A DNA stretch of 44,496 nt, taken from IMG/VR virus record IMGVR_UViG_3300009124_000034, positions 1-44,496 of that record; one strand, written 5' to 3'. Shown here piece by piece: positions 9,706 to 18,101 of this stretch. Every line of letters starts with the position of its first letter. Position 1 is the first letter of the stretch. The notes under the pieces were generated by a model. That model did no database searches, was not told the DNA's origin, and saw nothing but the letters and a program-made list of their open reading frames with translations. Source of the stretch: a virus. A program made the position numbers and the translations under genes.

Positions 9706-9843
9706 ATGGATCCAACAACGGTCGCAATGATCAGCATTGCGTTGTACGCAACCAGTGAAATCATCGGGATGTCCCCGCTACGCAGCAATAGCCTGATCCA
9801 GATTGTCCTGGAAGTGCTGATGCGTGTCTTCCCAAAAAAGTAA
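9706..9843 (+). CDS. Holin-like small hydrophobic protein (hand-translated)
   Basis: 45-aa ORF MDPTTVAMISIALYATSEIIGMSP...LEVLMRVFPKK, hydrophobic with a basic C-terminus, about 240 nt upstream of the GH19 lysin. Confidence 0.35.
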   Translation: MDPTTVAMISIALYATSEIIGMSPLRSNSLIQIVLEVLMRVFPKK

Positions 9844-9872
9844 GCAACGTTCCAGCGGACACCAAATGGCTG

Positions 9873-10115
9873 GTGCGTTTCGGTGATAAGCACTGGACGG
9901 ACCACCTAAAGAAGGCTGCCCAGGACTTTAAGTTCCAAGCAACCTTGAAGCCCCGCATTGACCTTGCTGTTAAGGACTGGCACGCATCCCAGCCCAAACA
10001 AAAATCCCGTGTTGTTTTCACTGAGCAAGAAGGTGAAGACACAACGGGATTAGGCCCACCAATAAGCTTTCACCACGACTGGTCTGATGACTCCAGGGAA
10101 GATCCGCCTGCTTGA
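9873..10115 (+). CDS. Hypothetical protein
   Basis: 80-aa ORF with a GTG start that overlaps the endolysin start by 29 nt. Confidence 0.4.
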   Translation: MRFGDKHWTDHLKKAAQDFKFQATLKPRIDLAVKDWHASQPKQKSRVVFTEQEGEDTTGLGPPISFHHDWSDDSREDPPA

Positions 10116-10821
10116 CCTGTTCAAGTACTACAAGAAGCTGGGTCACCAAACAGCGGGCATCCAAGAACTTGAGGAGCAGATTTTGCACTTCTGCCCAGAT
10201 TGCTTCGACCGTAACCAGGAGTGGTATCGGACGTGGTCTACAGCCGTTGCCCCAAAGGAGGGTAAATGGTTAGTTAGCCGTGAGCAGGTTGCGGAAATCT
10301 CAGGTTGGAAGCCGGGCCAATTTGACGACAACTTCATGAATGATCTAAATGCTCTAGTTCATATGACTGGAATGACCAGCCTTGAGCAACGCAGGCATTT
10401 AATTTCCCAAACTGCCCATGAAACTGGTCGTTACCGCTGGATGAAGGAACTCGGTGATGACGAGTACTTTACCCGCATGTACGACAACCGCAGCGACCTA
10501 GGCAACGGTCCAGGTGACGGCAAACTCTTTTTCGGCGGAGGTTGCATCCAACTAACCGGCCGCTACAACTACCAACGCTTCAGTGATTGGCTGGAACGTA
10601 ACGGTCTTGCTGACGATAACGTCATGAAAGAAGGCGCTAACTACGTCGCCAACAAGTACCCATTCCTGTCTGCCGTCTGCTGGATCGAAGAAAACAACTG
10701 GGCGCAAGTTTGCGAAGGCCAAGATGTCTACAAAGTAACCAGAGTTCTCAACGGCGGTTACAACGGAATTGAAGATAGGCTAGCACTTTATGCCAAAGCA
10801 CGTAAAGCTATTCTTAATTAG
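10087..10821 (+). CDS. Endolysin, glycoside hydrolase family 19 (chitinase-like lysozyme)
   Basis: Motifs AHETGRYRWMKE, GGGCIQLTGRYNYQRFS and LNGGYNGIEDR match the GH19 catalytic core. Confidence 0.85.
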   Translation: MTPGKIRLLDLFKYYKKLGHQTAGIQELEEQILHFCPDCFDRNQEWYRTWSTAVAPKEGKWLVSREQVAEISGWKPGQFDDNFMNDLNALVHMTGMTSLEQRRHLISQTAHETGRYRWMKELGDDEYFTRMYDNRSDLGNGPGDGKLFFGGGCIQLTGRYNYQRFSDWLERNGLADDNVMKEGANYVANKYPFLSAVCWIEENNWAQVCEGQDVYKVTRVLNGGYNGIEDRLALYAKARKAILN

Positions 10822-10908
10822 TGAGTTTTAGATAAGCGGGTCGTATTGTCAGGATTAGAATACAAATAGTTGCCCACGGGATCCCGCAGTTCTCTATGAA
10901 GCAACTAC

Positions 10909-11217
10909 ATGGATCACCAAATCCAAGAAACTGAGCTTGTCCCACGGAAGCAAGCAAAGATGCGCTTCCGGGAACGAATACTCCAAGGTTGGGATTACTG
11001 TTGTGCCTATTGCGGAGATCCGTTAGGCAAGAACGCAACCCTGGATCACGTCCACCCTAAATGCAAAGGTGGAGAAACAAGACTAAGTAACTTGGTGGGG
11101 TGCTGCTTCTCTTGCAACAGCCACAAAAGCGGTAACGATTGGGTTCAGTGGTTCAGGGATAGAGACTATTGGTCGCCAGACCGCGAAGATCGAATTTTAA
11201 AATGGCTGGCACGTTGA
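10909..11217 (+). CDS. HNH endonuclease
   Basis: CCAYCG...LDHVHPKCKGGETRLSNLVGCCFSCNSHK is the canonical C-x2-C...H-N-H zinc-finger nuclease pattern. It is the last gene of the rightward operon. Confidence 0.85.
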   Translation: MDHQIQETELVPRKQAKMRFRERILQGWDYCCAYCGDPLGKNATLDHVHPKCKGGETRLSNLVGCCFSCNSHKSGNDWVQWFRDRDYWSPDREDRILKWLAR

Positions 11218-11279
11218 AGAGCTTCTGCCACCGCCTTAGCTCTGTGCTCACTTTTAGTTTCAACGCAAATACCTTCATA

Positions 11280-11302
11280 GGGTGTACAGACGCGGTACAC
11301 CC
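11280..11302. terminator. Hairpin at the convergent junction (possible bidirectional terminator)
   Basis: GGGTGTAC-agacgcg-GTACACCC, an 8-bp stem between the HNH (+) and thyX (-) gene ends. A T-run follows only after 9 nt, so the call is weak. Confidence 0.3.
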
Positions 11303-11351
11303 CATCACCAATTTTTTGAATTTCTATCTTGAAATTCTCCATAGGGTAATT

Positions 11352-11975
11352 TTACTCAAACGCAGCCTCCGCAATTGCTGGAAATTGTTGTTTGAAGATC
11401 TCACGGCAGGCAATTGCAATTCGACGATGCTCTAGCTGCGTGTCCTCACTGGAGCGTAAAGAAATGTAATGGTACCAACTTCTCAAGGTGCCCTGCATAT
11501 AAAGCGTCGTTCCAGTGCATAACGGCAAGATGCGCCTTGCTGTTTCCTTAGCCACCCCGTCCTGGAGCATCCGGTCATACAGCGAAAAGGCTTGCCCAAT
11601 CACATAGGAAGCCTGCCGCTGATAACCATCCTGGCGCGTTGGATGAATATCCGCAAAGCTGTTCTGCCTGTTTTTGGTGTCTTGCCGCCTAAACCAAGGA
11701 GTCTCAGCCCGCGCACTTTTGGCATAACGAGTTGAAAATTCCTGGAACGTAAAGCTGCGATGCCTCAAGATTTGAGCGCTGATATCCCGCTCAGTTTCAA
11801 TTTTGACGCACATGCAAGCCATCTCCATAGGAGACCAATGCTTGTGCTTAATCAGGTACTTAATGAGCTTCGGGCCAGTTTCCCAGTTATCTTCGTTTGC
11901 TGGGTTACTGACCCTAGCCATTTTTACGATTAGACGTTCGGCATTGGGAGTAGCCCAGACAAGCGATACGGTCAT
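11352..11975 (-). CDS. thyX: FAD-dependent thymidylate synthase ThyX
   Basis: The ThyX signature RHRSFTFQEFSTRY (RHRxxSxxxxSxR) is present, and the 207-aa size is typical. Confidence 0.9.
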   Translation of the reverse strand: MTVSLVWATPNAERLIVKMARVSNPANEDNWETGPKLIKYLIKHKHWSPMEMACMCVKIETERDISAQILRHRSFTFQEFSTRYAKSARAETPWFRRQDTKNRQNSFADIHPTRQDGYQRQASYVIGQAFSLYDRMLQDGVAKETARRILPLCTGTTLYMQGTLRSWYHYISLRSSEDTQLEHRRIAIACREIFKQQFPAIAEAAFE

Positions 11976-12322
11976 TCAGGAACATCTTGATAACGTGCTC
12001 GTCGTAGGATACGGCGGATTGTCACTGGATGGCACCCATATTTTTTTGCGAGCTGGTCCGCTGACCAGCCCTCATATTTTCTAAGCTTCCTTATGTCAGC
12101 AATATTTTCCTGTGTAAAAAACGAGCTAGGACTTTTCGTACCAGCGGGTCGTTTTATATTCCAAAGAATGCCGTCATCATCAAGACGTTCCACCTGTTGG
12201 GTGGTACGAAACGTATGACCGCAAGATGGGCATTTCCTATAGCGCCTAACCCTTTTACCGGTTGGGTGACACAGGGTTGAAGTGACTACGGTGTTTTTGT
12301 GGTTGCATTCAGGGCAGTGCAT
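11972..12322 (-). CDS. Transcription regulator: NrdR-type N-terminal zinc ribbon fused to a C-terminal HTH, no ATP-cone
   Basis: MHCPECNHKNTVVTS...RVRRYRKCPSCGHTFRTTQQVE parallels the NrdR pattern MHCPxC...T.V..SR...VRRRR.C..C..RFTT.E. The C-terminus ADQLAKKYGCHPVTIRRIL is HTH-like. Confidence 0.6.
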   Translation of the reverse strand: MHCPECNHKNTVVTSTLCHPTGKRVRRYRKCPSCGHTFRTTQQVERLDDDGILWNIKRPAGTKSPSSFFTQENIADIRKLRKYEGWSADQLAKKYGCHPVTIRRILRRARYQDVPE

Positions 12323-13193
12323 CAGTTCCCATTCCGTGTTGACGTGAGTAGCGAAGACGTAAGCGTTTCAAAGTGTCGTAATAGATCGTCCTGACCCGTT
12401 CTCTAGACAACCCCAACTCCCGCCCCATAGCCTGGAACGATGTAGGTTCACCGGTTTCCAATCCAAGCGCACCACTGACGATGTATTTCTGGCGGTCGCT
12501 GAGGCAGATCAAAAGATCATCCATTTTTTCCGCCATTTCAAGAGCGCAGATGTTGGTAAATACATCCTCATCAGATCTAACGCTGTCGATTAGCATCACC
12601 CCGTCCTCTATATTTTTGACGTTGACGTCAAGGCTCAAGGCATCACTAGACCTATCTATGTAATCCTGGAGCTTTTCGGGACTGAGTTTTACTAGATCAG
12701 CGCACTCTTCTAGCGTTGGTTTCCTGCCATGGGACGCCTCAAACTTAGGCTTCCAGTTTTGGATTTTGCTGAGCAGTTCACTGGCATGAGCAGGCATCCG
12801 AATAATCCGGTCCTGCGTGCTGATGTAACGAGTAATGCTCTGCCTTACCCACCAATAGACATAGGTGGAGAGGGCGTAGCCCCGCTCAGGATCAAACTTT
12901 TTGATGCCATGGGCAAGACCCATGTTGCCCTCTTGCACAAGATCGTAGATCTCAATGCGCATACACTTGTGGGTGTATTTTTTGGCAATCGAAACCACAA
13001 GCCTAAGATTGCAATTAATTAACTTGTGGTATGCACGTTGACCCCGCTTAATCGCCCGAGCATCTGGTGCGTCCGCTGAAATCCAAGCTTGCACTTGACG
13101 AGCAAGGATGATCTCCTGATCTTTAGTGAGGAGAGGATATTGGCCTATATCCCGTAGGTAGGCTGCGAAACCTTCTTTAGTTTTCAACTTCAA
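12309..13193 (-). CDS. RNA polymerase sigma-70 family factor
   Basis: YLRDIGQYPLLT (region 1.2), NLRLVVSIAKKY and DLVQEGNMGL..FDPERGYALSTYVYWWVRQ (region 2), and LGLSRERVRTIYYDTLKRLR (region 4). Confidence 0.9.
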   Translation of the reverse strand: MKLKTKEGFAAYLRDIGQYPLLTKDQEIILARQVQAWISADAPDARAIKRGQRAYHKLINCNLRLVVSIAKKYTHKCMRIEIYDLVQEGNMGLAHGIKKFDPERGYALSTYVYWWVRQSITRYISTQDRIIRMPAHASELLSKIQNWKPKFEASHGRKPTLEECADLVKLSPEKLQDYIDRSSDALSLDVNVKNIEDGVMLIDSVRSDEDVFTNICALEMAEKMDDLLICLSDRQKYIVSGALGLETGEPTSFQAMGRELGLSRERVRTIYYDTLKRLRLRYSRQHGMGTDALP

Positions 13194-13371
13194 CCACAGT
13201 CGGCGGTGTACCTAATGCATGGCTCAATTGAAGAGCCACAGACAAAGCTTTTTCAAGCGTCACGTAAGAACAAGCATCCTCAGATTTGTCCGTGATCCTA
13301 AGACCTGAACCTGTGGCTTCATAACAAGCAGCTAGATAAGTCTGATTTTGGAGTTGAAGTGCGTAGCGCAT
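13177..13371 (-). CDS. Hypothetical protein
   Basis: 64-aa ORF overlapping the sigma gene start by 17 nt, in operon orientation. Confidence 0.45.
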   Translation of the reverse strand: MRYALQLQNQTYLAACYEATGSGLRITDKSEDACSYVTLEKALSVALQLSHALGTPPTVVEVEN

Positions 13372-13425
13372 AGCTTTATTTAAAGCTCCCGTACAGTAGC
13401 ATAATTACCCAGTTTGCCTAGGGGT

Positions 13426-13692
13426 CTACTCCTGATCTTGCGCATCTTTTTTGCGACTCGCCCTGCCATCAATTCGCCGCTTTACCGAAGCTTGCCAAGC
13501 AGCATCATCCGCCTCCAAAGCTGCCTGGTACGCCGCACTTGGGATGCAACGTTCCAGTTCCTTGTAGATCACATCGCGAACCCAGCTGGTAGGTCGCACG
13601 TTGAGCCCATTGGCTAGGCCAATCAGAAGCTCAGCGCGATTGGGATCGAGCAGGATCTGAAAATACGTCTTATTGCCGTGGCGGATTGCCAT
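13426..13692 (-). CDS. Hypothetical protein
   Basis: 88-aa ORF in the leftward block, no motif recognised. Confidence 0.5.
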   Translation of the reverse strand: MAIRHGNKTYFQILLDPNRAELLIGLANGLNVRPTSWVRDVIYKELERCIPSAAYQAALEADDAAWQASVKRRIDGRASRKKDAQDQE

Positions 13693-13776
13693 CCTGCGCG
13701 TTGTCTACTACTAAACAGTCTAACAATGTGCTACCAAGTAATTGAGTCATCGACGTGCTTCCGCCACCCCTTGGCC

Positions 13777-13795
13777 TGAGACTCACGAGACTCAT
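13777..13795. promoter_or_regulatory. Paired GAGACTCA sites (operator-like)
   Basis: tGAGACTCAcGAGACTCAt, two direct copies 1 nt apart. The same pair recurs at 23922-23939 (opposite strand) and as an inverted pair at 23451-23468. Confidence 0.45.
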
Positions 13796-13845
13796 TTCGT
13801 TGCGCACGACAGCCCTTACGAATGTCCCTTGCTCCCTCCAAGAAC

Positions 13846-14034
13846 TCAGCCGCCCGCTGAAGATCCGCAGTTGTTGCCCTTGCAATTTCGTATTGCAGAT
13901 ACCGCATGATGATTTGCCGTCCTGTTAGTGGCGCCATAGGCAGCATCCATCACATCCCCAAGTGAACTGTAGTAGCCCAGATCTTCCGGCACCATAAGGC
14001 TCCAGCCCTGGGACGTGCGATGAATGCTCACCAT
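13846..14034 (-). CDS. Hypothetical protein immediately downstream of polA
   Basis: 62-aa ORF whose ATG lies 1 nt after the polA stop. It overlaps by about 100 nt an alternative-frame ORF (13731..13946), so the true gene structure is unresolved. Confidence 0.35.
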   Translation of the reverse strand: MVSIHRTSQGWSLMVPEDLGYYSSLGDVMDAAYGATNRTANHHAVSAIRNCKGNNCGSSAGG

Positions 14035-14035
14035 G

Positions 14036-15964
14036 TCAGTGAATCTCCGACCAGCGTTTACCGACTGAAGGCTCAGCTAGTGGCGGAATATCCCCAAGCC
14101 ACTTTGCTTCCGAGTCTTCCATTATTTGTTTTAGCCTTGCCGCCCACTCTTGGGCCTTTTCTTCCCTAACAAGCAACAAGATTTCATCGTGAATGCACGC
14201 TGCAATCCTGGCCTCAGTTTCCCCAACCTTGACTAACTCCTTCCAAAGCTTGCCCAACGCACACTTGAGGATGGCCGCACCAGCACCTTGGATTGGCGTA
14301 TTACACCGAACCGTTAGGCGATTCATCTCCCCAGGCAACCACCGCCGCATCCCAGACAGCGGTATCCGCATAAAAGCATCTTTTTGATTTTGCGTTTGCT
14401 CTGCGGCATACCCCTTTTCCTTTTGCCACTTAGCAATCCCCTGGTACGTCTTGAGCCACTGGTCGCGAATTTCTTTAGCGTCCTCAAGTGTCATGGTGAT
14501 GCCACTACTACCTGCGTAGTTACGAAGACCCTTCGCACCAGAGCCATAGAGCAGCCCAAAGTTTGCTGACTTGGCTATCTGCCTAGAGCAGCCGATTGCT
14601 TCTGCTGTAACCGTGTGAAGATCCTCGCCATCTTTAAAGGCTTGGATCATGCGTTCATCTTTAGCCACTGCCGCAGCGAGTCGTAATTCCATCTGACCAA
14701 AATCAGCATCCACAAGAAGCCAACCATCAGGAGCCTCAACACAACTGCGGAATTCTTTGTCACGCGGGATCTGCTGGTTGTTGGGTTTGATGCAGGACAT
14801 CCGCCCACTTTCTGCCCCGAGCTGCAAATAACTGGCACGTACAAAACCGTCAGAGTCCATTTTTTCAAGGATAGAATCCACCATTTGACGGCGTTTCTCA
14901 GCCTTTTTCCACGCAAGGTAAAGCTGAATAACGTGATGATCCGCCGCGTATTCCTGGAGCGCTGCACGACTTGCACTGGGTTTTCCTGTTTTGTTATCAA
15001 TGGGCTCCTTGCCTAAGAGCGCCGTGAATTTTTCCAGAAGCTGTTTTGGTGAGTTGAGGTTAAACCCTTTGTACTTTTTTGTACCCAGTCGTTTGGAGCC
15101 CTCCTCCTTAGCCCGTAGGTTAAAAATAGTTGGTTGAGTTTCGAGATCTGCGATCTCCTGCTCCCATTTATCGCGTATAGAAGGGTCGTGGCCCATCTCC
15201 GTGAGTTTCGCTTTGAGATAACCCAATCGCGGGGAGCTTTCTCTGGGCAACTTGTGTTTAGCTGGCAGAGCCTCATCAAGCTCAAACAAAAACTCCTTAG
15301 AAAGCGCAGCGATTTCATGTTCATAGTCCTCCCGTAGAGCATCAAGACTGGAGCGATTCCAAGGCAAACCGGTGCGCCACATCAAAGCCATGGCCTGCAA
15401 AGCGTTACACTCCAGCCCATAGGCACTCAGCAGCCCATTTGACGCAACTTTTTTGCGCAATACTTCATCAACTTCTAGCAGGATCTGCACATCCTTTGCC
15501 GCGTATTCAAGCTGCTCATCACTGAGTTCTGGAGCGCCCCAGTCAGACTTTTGCTGTTCTTTGGATAAAGAAATGCCAAGCTCTCGCTTTACAACATCTG
15601 CCAGACCATGCTTTAAACCAGGGCGGCCGTTGTGTAACAGCTTGCTGGCAAGCATTGTGCAATTTACCTTCCCGTTTAAAGTGAAACCGTTTTCCTGTAA
15701 CCAGCCAAGATCAAAGACAGCATTGTGAGCGACCCAGCTACGATTTTTAGACTCTAAAAAGTCATCAATTAAATCCCAGCTAGCGTCATCAACCTCAAAC
15801 AAGTCAATGATGACAATGGTTTTATTGACTGCGGCGCCCAATTGAAGGAGGCGTAGTTTACCGCTTTCAGGCTGCAGCTGGAGCGTTTCGCAGTCAAATG
15901 CAACGTGCTTGGCAGCAGAAATTTTGCTGAGATGCTCAGCGCCGTAAAAAACTTTGTAGTTCAT
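14036..15964 (-). CDS. polA: Family A DNA polymerase (Pol I-like) with 3'-5' exonuclease domain
   Basis: Exo motifs VAFDCETLQL, NAVFDLGWL and YAAKDV. Pol motif A is LVDADFGQMELRLAA, motif B is KSANFGLLYGSG, and motif C is CIHDEILL. Confidence 0.95.
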   Translation of the reverse strand: MNYKVFYGAEHLSKISAAKHVAFDCETLQLQPESGKLRLLQLGAAVNKTIVIIDLFEVDDASWDLIDDFLESKNRSWVAHNAVFDLGWLQENGFTLNGKVNCTMLASKLLHNGRPGLKHGLADVVKRELGISLSKEQQKSDWGAPELSDEQLEYAAKDVQILLEVDEVLRKKVASNGLLSAYGLECNALQAMALMWRTGLPWNRSSLDALREDYEHEIAALSKEFLFELDEALPAKHKLPRESSPRLGYLKAKLTEMGHDPSIRDKWEQEIADLETQPTIFNLRAKEEGSKRLGTKKYKGFNLNSPKQLLEKFTALLGKEPIDNKTGKPSASRAALQEYAADHHVIQLYLAWKKAEKRRQMVDSILEKMDSDGFVRASYLQLGAESGRMSCIKPNNQQIPRDKEFRSCVEAPDGWLLVDADFGQMELRLAAAVAKDERMIQAFKDGEDLHTVTAEAIGCSRQIAKSANFGLLYGSGAKGLRNYAGSSGITMTLEDAKEIRDQWLKTYQGIAKWQKEKGYAAEQTQNQKDAFMRIPLSGMRRWLPGEMNRLTVRCNTPIQGAGAAILKCALGKLWKELVKVGETEARIAACIHDEILLLVREEKAQEWAARLKQIMEDSEAKWLGDIPPLAEPSVGKRWSEIH

Positions 15965-16197
15965 CAGCTGTGATTAGTTTTTTCGTGTTCAATGGCCACT
16001 CTGTAAGTGCAAGCTATAAAACAAGCTGCCCTAGCAAGATAATGAGCATTTGCTATTGCTCTTTGAGTTTGTTCGCGATCTGGATCGCATTCTGCTTCAG
16101 CTAATTCTTCTGTAAGCATTTGCACTTGGGGACTTTGTAAAAAAATTTGAGCTGCCATGTTTTGTGCAGCCAAATCAAAAGCTTCGTGAAAATCCAT
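15964..16197 (-). CDS. Hypothetical protein
   Basis: 77-aa ORF whose stop overlaps the polA start by 1 nt. Confidence 0.5.
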   Translation of the reverse strand: MDFHEAFDLAAQNMAAQIFLQSPQVQMLTEELAEAECDPDREQTQRAIANAHYLARAACFIACTYRVAIEHEKTNHS

Positions 16198-16202
16198 AAA
16201 AA

Positions 16203-16373
16203 TTAAAAAAGGTGTTCTTCGGGAAATTCGCCCTCCCAGTTGGACTCATGAGTCCCATTTGGTGCGTACCAGCCGGAATCATCCATGTACCAACCAGCTT
16301 CGGTGCGGGCGAAGAAGATTTTATCCTCAGCATTGAGGCTGCTGAGCGAGTTGTCGTGAATCGGAATGGTCAT
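16203..16373 (-). CDS. Small hypothetical protein (hand-translated)
   Basis: 56-aa ORF MTIPIHDNSLSSLNAEDKIFFARTEAGWYMDDSGWYAPNG... with an ATGA overlap with the upstream gene stop. Confidence 0.4.
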   Translation of the reverse strand: MTIPIHDNSLSSLNAEDKIFFARTEAGWYMDDSGWYAPNGTHESNWEGEFPEEHLF

Positions 16374-16669
16374 TGGAGGGGGTCATCAAATGCGGGTGGA
16401 ACGTCCTTGATCAGTTGTTGATGCAGGATCACACTGCGCTGGCTTTCTAAGCGGTCAATCAATCGACTGAGATACCACTTGGCCTTGCACAGATCCTGAA
16501 TGGTGTTGCCTTTAAGCCAAGCACGCAACAAATACTTCAAAGTGTTACCAAGAAGGAATCCAGAAGCAGGGTCTGGTGCGTGCTGAACTGCGTCCTCAAT
16601 GACGTCAATGGCTTCAAACCGCCCCGCTGTGTAGTGGGGCGGCTGGTTGACTAGATCATCTGCAGCCAT
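16370..16669 (-). CDS. DUF3310-family protein
   Basis: NQPPHYTAGRFEAIDVIE...GNTLKYLLRAWLKG...LCKAKWYLSRL matches the DUF3310 pattern (PxHY..iE.id....KYl.R...K...KA.wYl). I prefer the internal start MAADDLV at 16669 over the track start at 16858. Confidence 0.7.
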   Translation of the reverse strand: MAADDLVNQPPHYTAGRFEAIDVIEDAVQHAPDPASGFLLGNTLKYLLRAWLKGNTIQDLCKAKWYLSRLIDRLESQRSVILHQQLIKDVPPAFDDPLQ

Positions 16670-16913
16670 CGTGCCAAGCAATCCCGCATGGATTATTGGC
16701 GGTAATCTCGTCGTCTGTGGGCTCCCAGTCAACAATCTTGTCGATTGCTGGCTGAATGTCGTTTTCAATAATGTCCATAACCCAACCAGGCTGGGCATCT
16801 GTAATGGGTGTGCGCTCTTCCTGTTTGACGAGAACGCGAAGCCTTTGCTGGAATGCATAAAGGAGACGATCCATGTTCATTTCGTAGATGTTGTTTGTGG
16901 TGTAGGCAGACAT
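16656..16913 (-). CDS. Hypothetical protein
   Basis: 85-aa acidic ORF in operon orientation, with a 14-nt overlap with the next gene. Confidence 0.5.
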   Translation of the reverse strand: MSAYTTNNIYEMNMDRLLYAFQQRLRVLVKQEERTPITDAQPGWVMDIIENDIQPAIDKIVDWEPTDDEITANNPCGIAWHDGCR

Positions 16914-16939
16914 GGTCTTTGATGGTTGATGTGATTTGA

Positions 16940-17191
16940 TCAGTAGTTGTTGATGGGCTGCCAGTTATCCACAAGCTCAGCAAGCTCTAGGAACTCACGA
17001 TGAGTTGTGGGCAGGGGTTCATCGCCTAGGAGGACAGAACCATCACAGACGGCACTGGCGTACTGCGGTGGGTCGTGGCGCGTAGCAGCTGAAACTTGGA
17101 CGATGTCGTCAACGACCGCCTGGAAGTCAACGGACCAGCCACAAGGACCGTGAATGATCTTGCGGCTTTGGATTTCGATGATGGCGCTCAT
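16940..17191 (-). CDS. Hypothetical protein
   Basis: 83-aa ORF in the leftward block. Confidence 0.5.
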   Translation of the reverse strand: MSAIIEIQSRKIIHGPCGWSVDFQAVVDDIVQVSAATRHDPPQYASAVCDGSVLLGDEPLPTTHREFLELAELVDNWQPINNY

Positions 17192-17228
17192 AGGTGCTGA
17201 GCAGTGGAACTCGACTACCCTAGCACTA

Positions 17229-17537
17229 TTAGAGCGTGAGGTAGGTATGGACGACCGGAAATGTATCAGCCTCGTAACTGCTCATGATGGATACGTCGAT
17301 CCCACTCACCAGGGCCTTTTCCACTTCAGCTTCAAAACGACAGAACTCTTCTGGGCTGTCGCTATAGAAGTCTTCGCAGATTAATTCCGGGAGTCCGTCA
17401 GGGTTGTAAGCGGTGAAGCGCACGACCGCCAAGAAGCCTTCGACCTCTGTGACTTTGTAGAAAGTGATGGTCGTAAGCTCCATGGAGCGCTTCGACACGT
17501 TCATACCAGTCTGGCCTTTATTAAAAACCGGATACAT
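17229..17537 (-). CDS. Hypothetical protein
   Basis: 102-aa ORF in the leftward block. Confidence 0.5.
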   Translation of the reverse strand: MYPVFNKGQTGMNVSKRSMELTTITFYKVTEVEGFLAVVRFTAYNPDGLPELICEDFYSDSPEEFCRFEAEVEKALVSGIDVSIMSSYEADTFPVVHTYLTL

Positions 17538-17562
17538 AATGTAGTAGAACTACACCTGGACT

Positions 17563-17739
17563 ATGGAAGCGCACCGAAGCTTTGCCTTGAATAAGTTCAG
17601 GCGCAGCATTGAGAAGTGCTCGAACGTAGAAGAGCTGCGCGAAATGAACATCAAGACAATGCAGCTCTATTTACGTCAACAGGACACCATCAGCCAACTA
17701 ATCAAAAAAGGCTGGCTGCCCTCTGATCCCAAGGACTAA
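17563..17739 (+). CDS. NblA-like small protein (phycobilisome degradation protein candidate), opposite strand to neighbours
   Basis: Hand-translated 58-aa ORF MEAHRSFALNKFRRSIEKCSNVEELREMNIKTMQLYLRQQDTISQLIKKGWLPSDPKD that exactly fills the gap between two leftward genes. The pattern F.L.K(F/Y)R..(I/V)...S.E(E/D)L...Q.LIK..W resembles NblA sequences recalled from memory. Confidence 0.45.
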   Translation: MEAHRSFALNKFRRSIEKCSNVEELREMNIKTMQLYLRQQDTISQLIKKGWLPSDPKD

Positions 17740-18101
17740 GACCGCAGGCCATGCACTTGAGAACTTATGCCGCGCTCCTTCCATTCCCTAATAAGGGTGC
17801 CAACCTTTTCAAAGCAGGCGTTACGGACGTCGTAAGGAATTGAGCGCATAAACTTTTCAAGCCTGAACATCAAAAGTTCATCACGGTCATCCACAACATC
17901 TGAGAACTTGTCGAAATGCCGGACGCCGTTACCAATGGCGCTAACCAAAAAAACCTGGAACGCCGGGCATTCAAGCAAATCTTTAAGTGTGTACTGATCT
18001 GCAAGCTCTAGAGACTCCTCGGGGAGGATAATGTCGTAAGGCATAAAGTTGTTTTGTAGTAAAGGGGTCATAAAGACCCCCGAGATGCTAGCACAAAGCA
18101 A
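17736..18101 (-). CDS. Hypothetical protein
   Basis: 121-aa ORF in the leftward block. Confidence 0.55.
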   Translation of the reverse strand: MLCASISGVFMTPLLQNNFMPYDIILPEESLELADQYTLKDLLECPAFQVFLVSAIGNGVRHFDKFSDVVDDRDELLMFRLEKFMRSIPYDVRNACFEKVGTLIREWKERGISSQVHGLRS

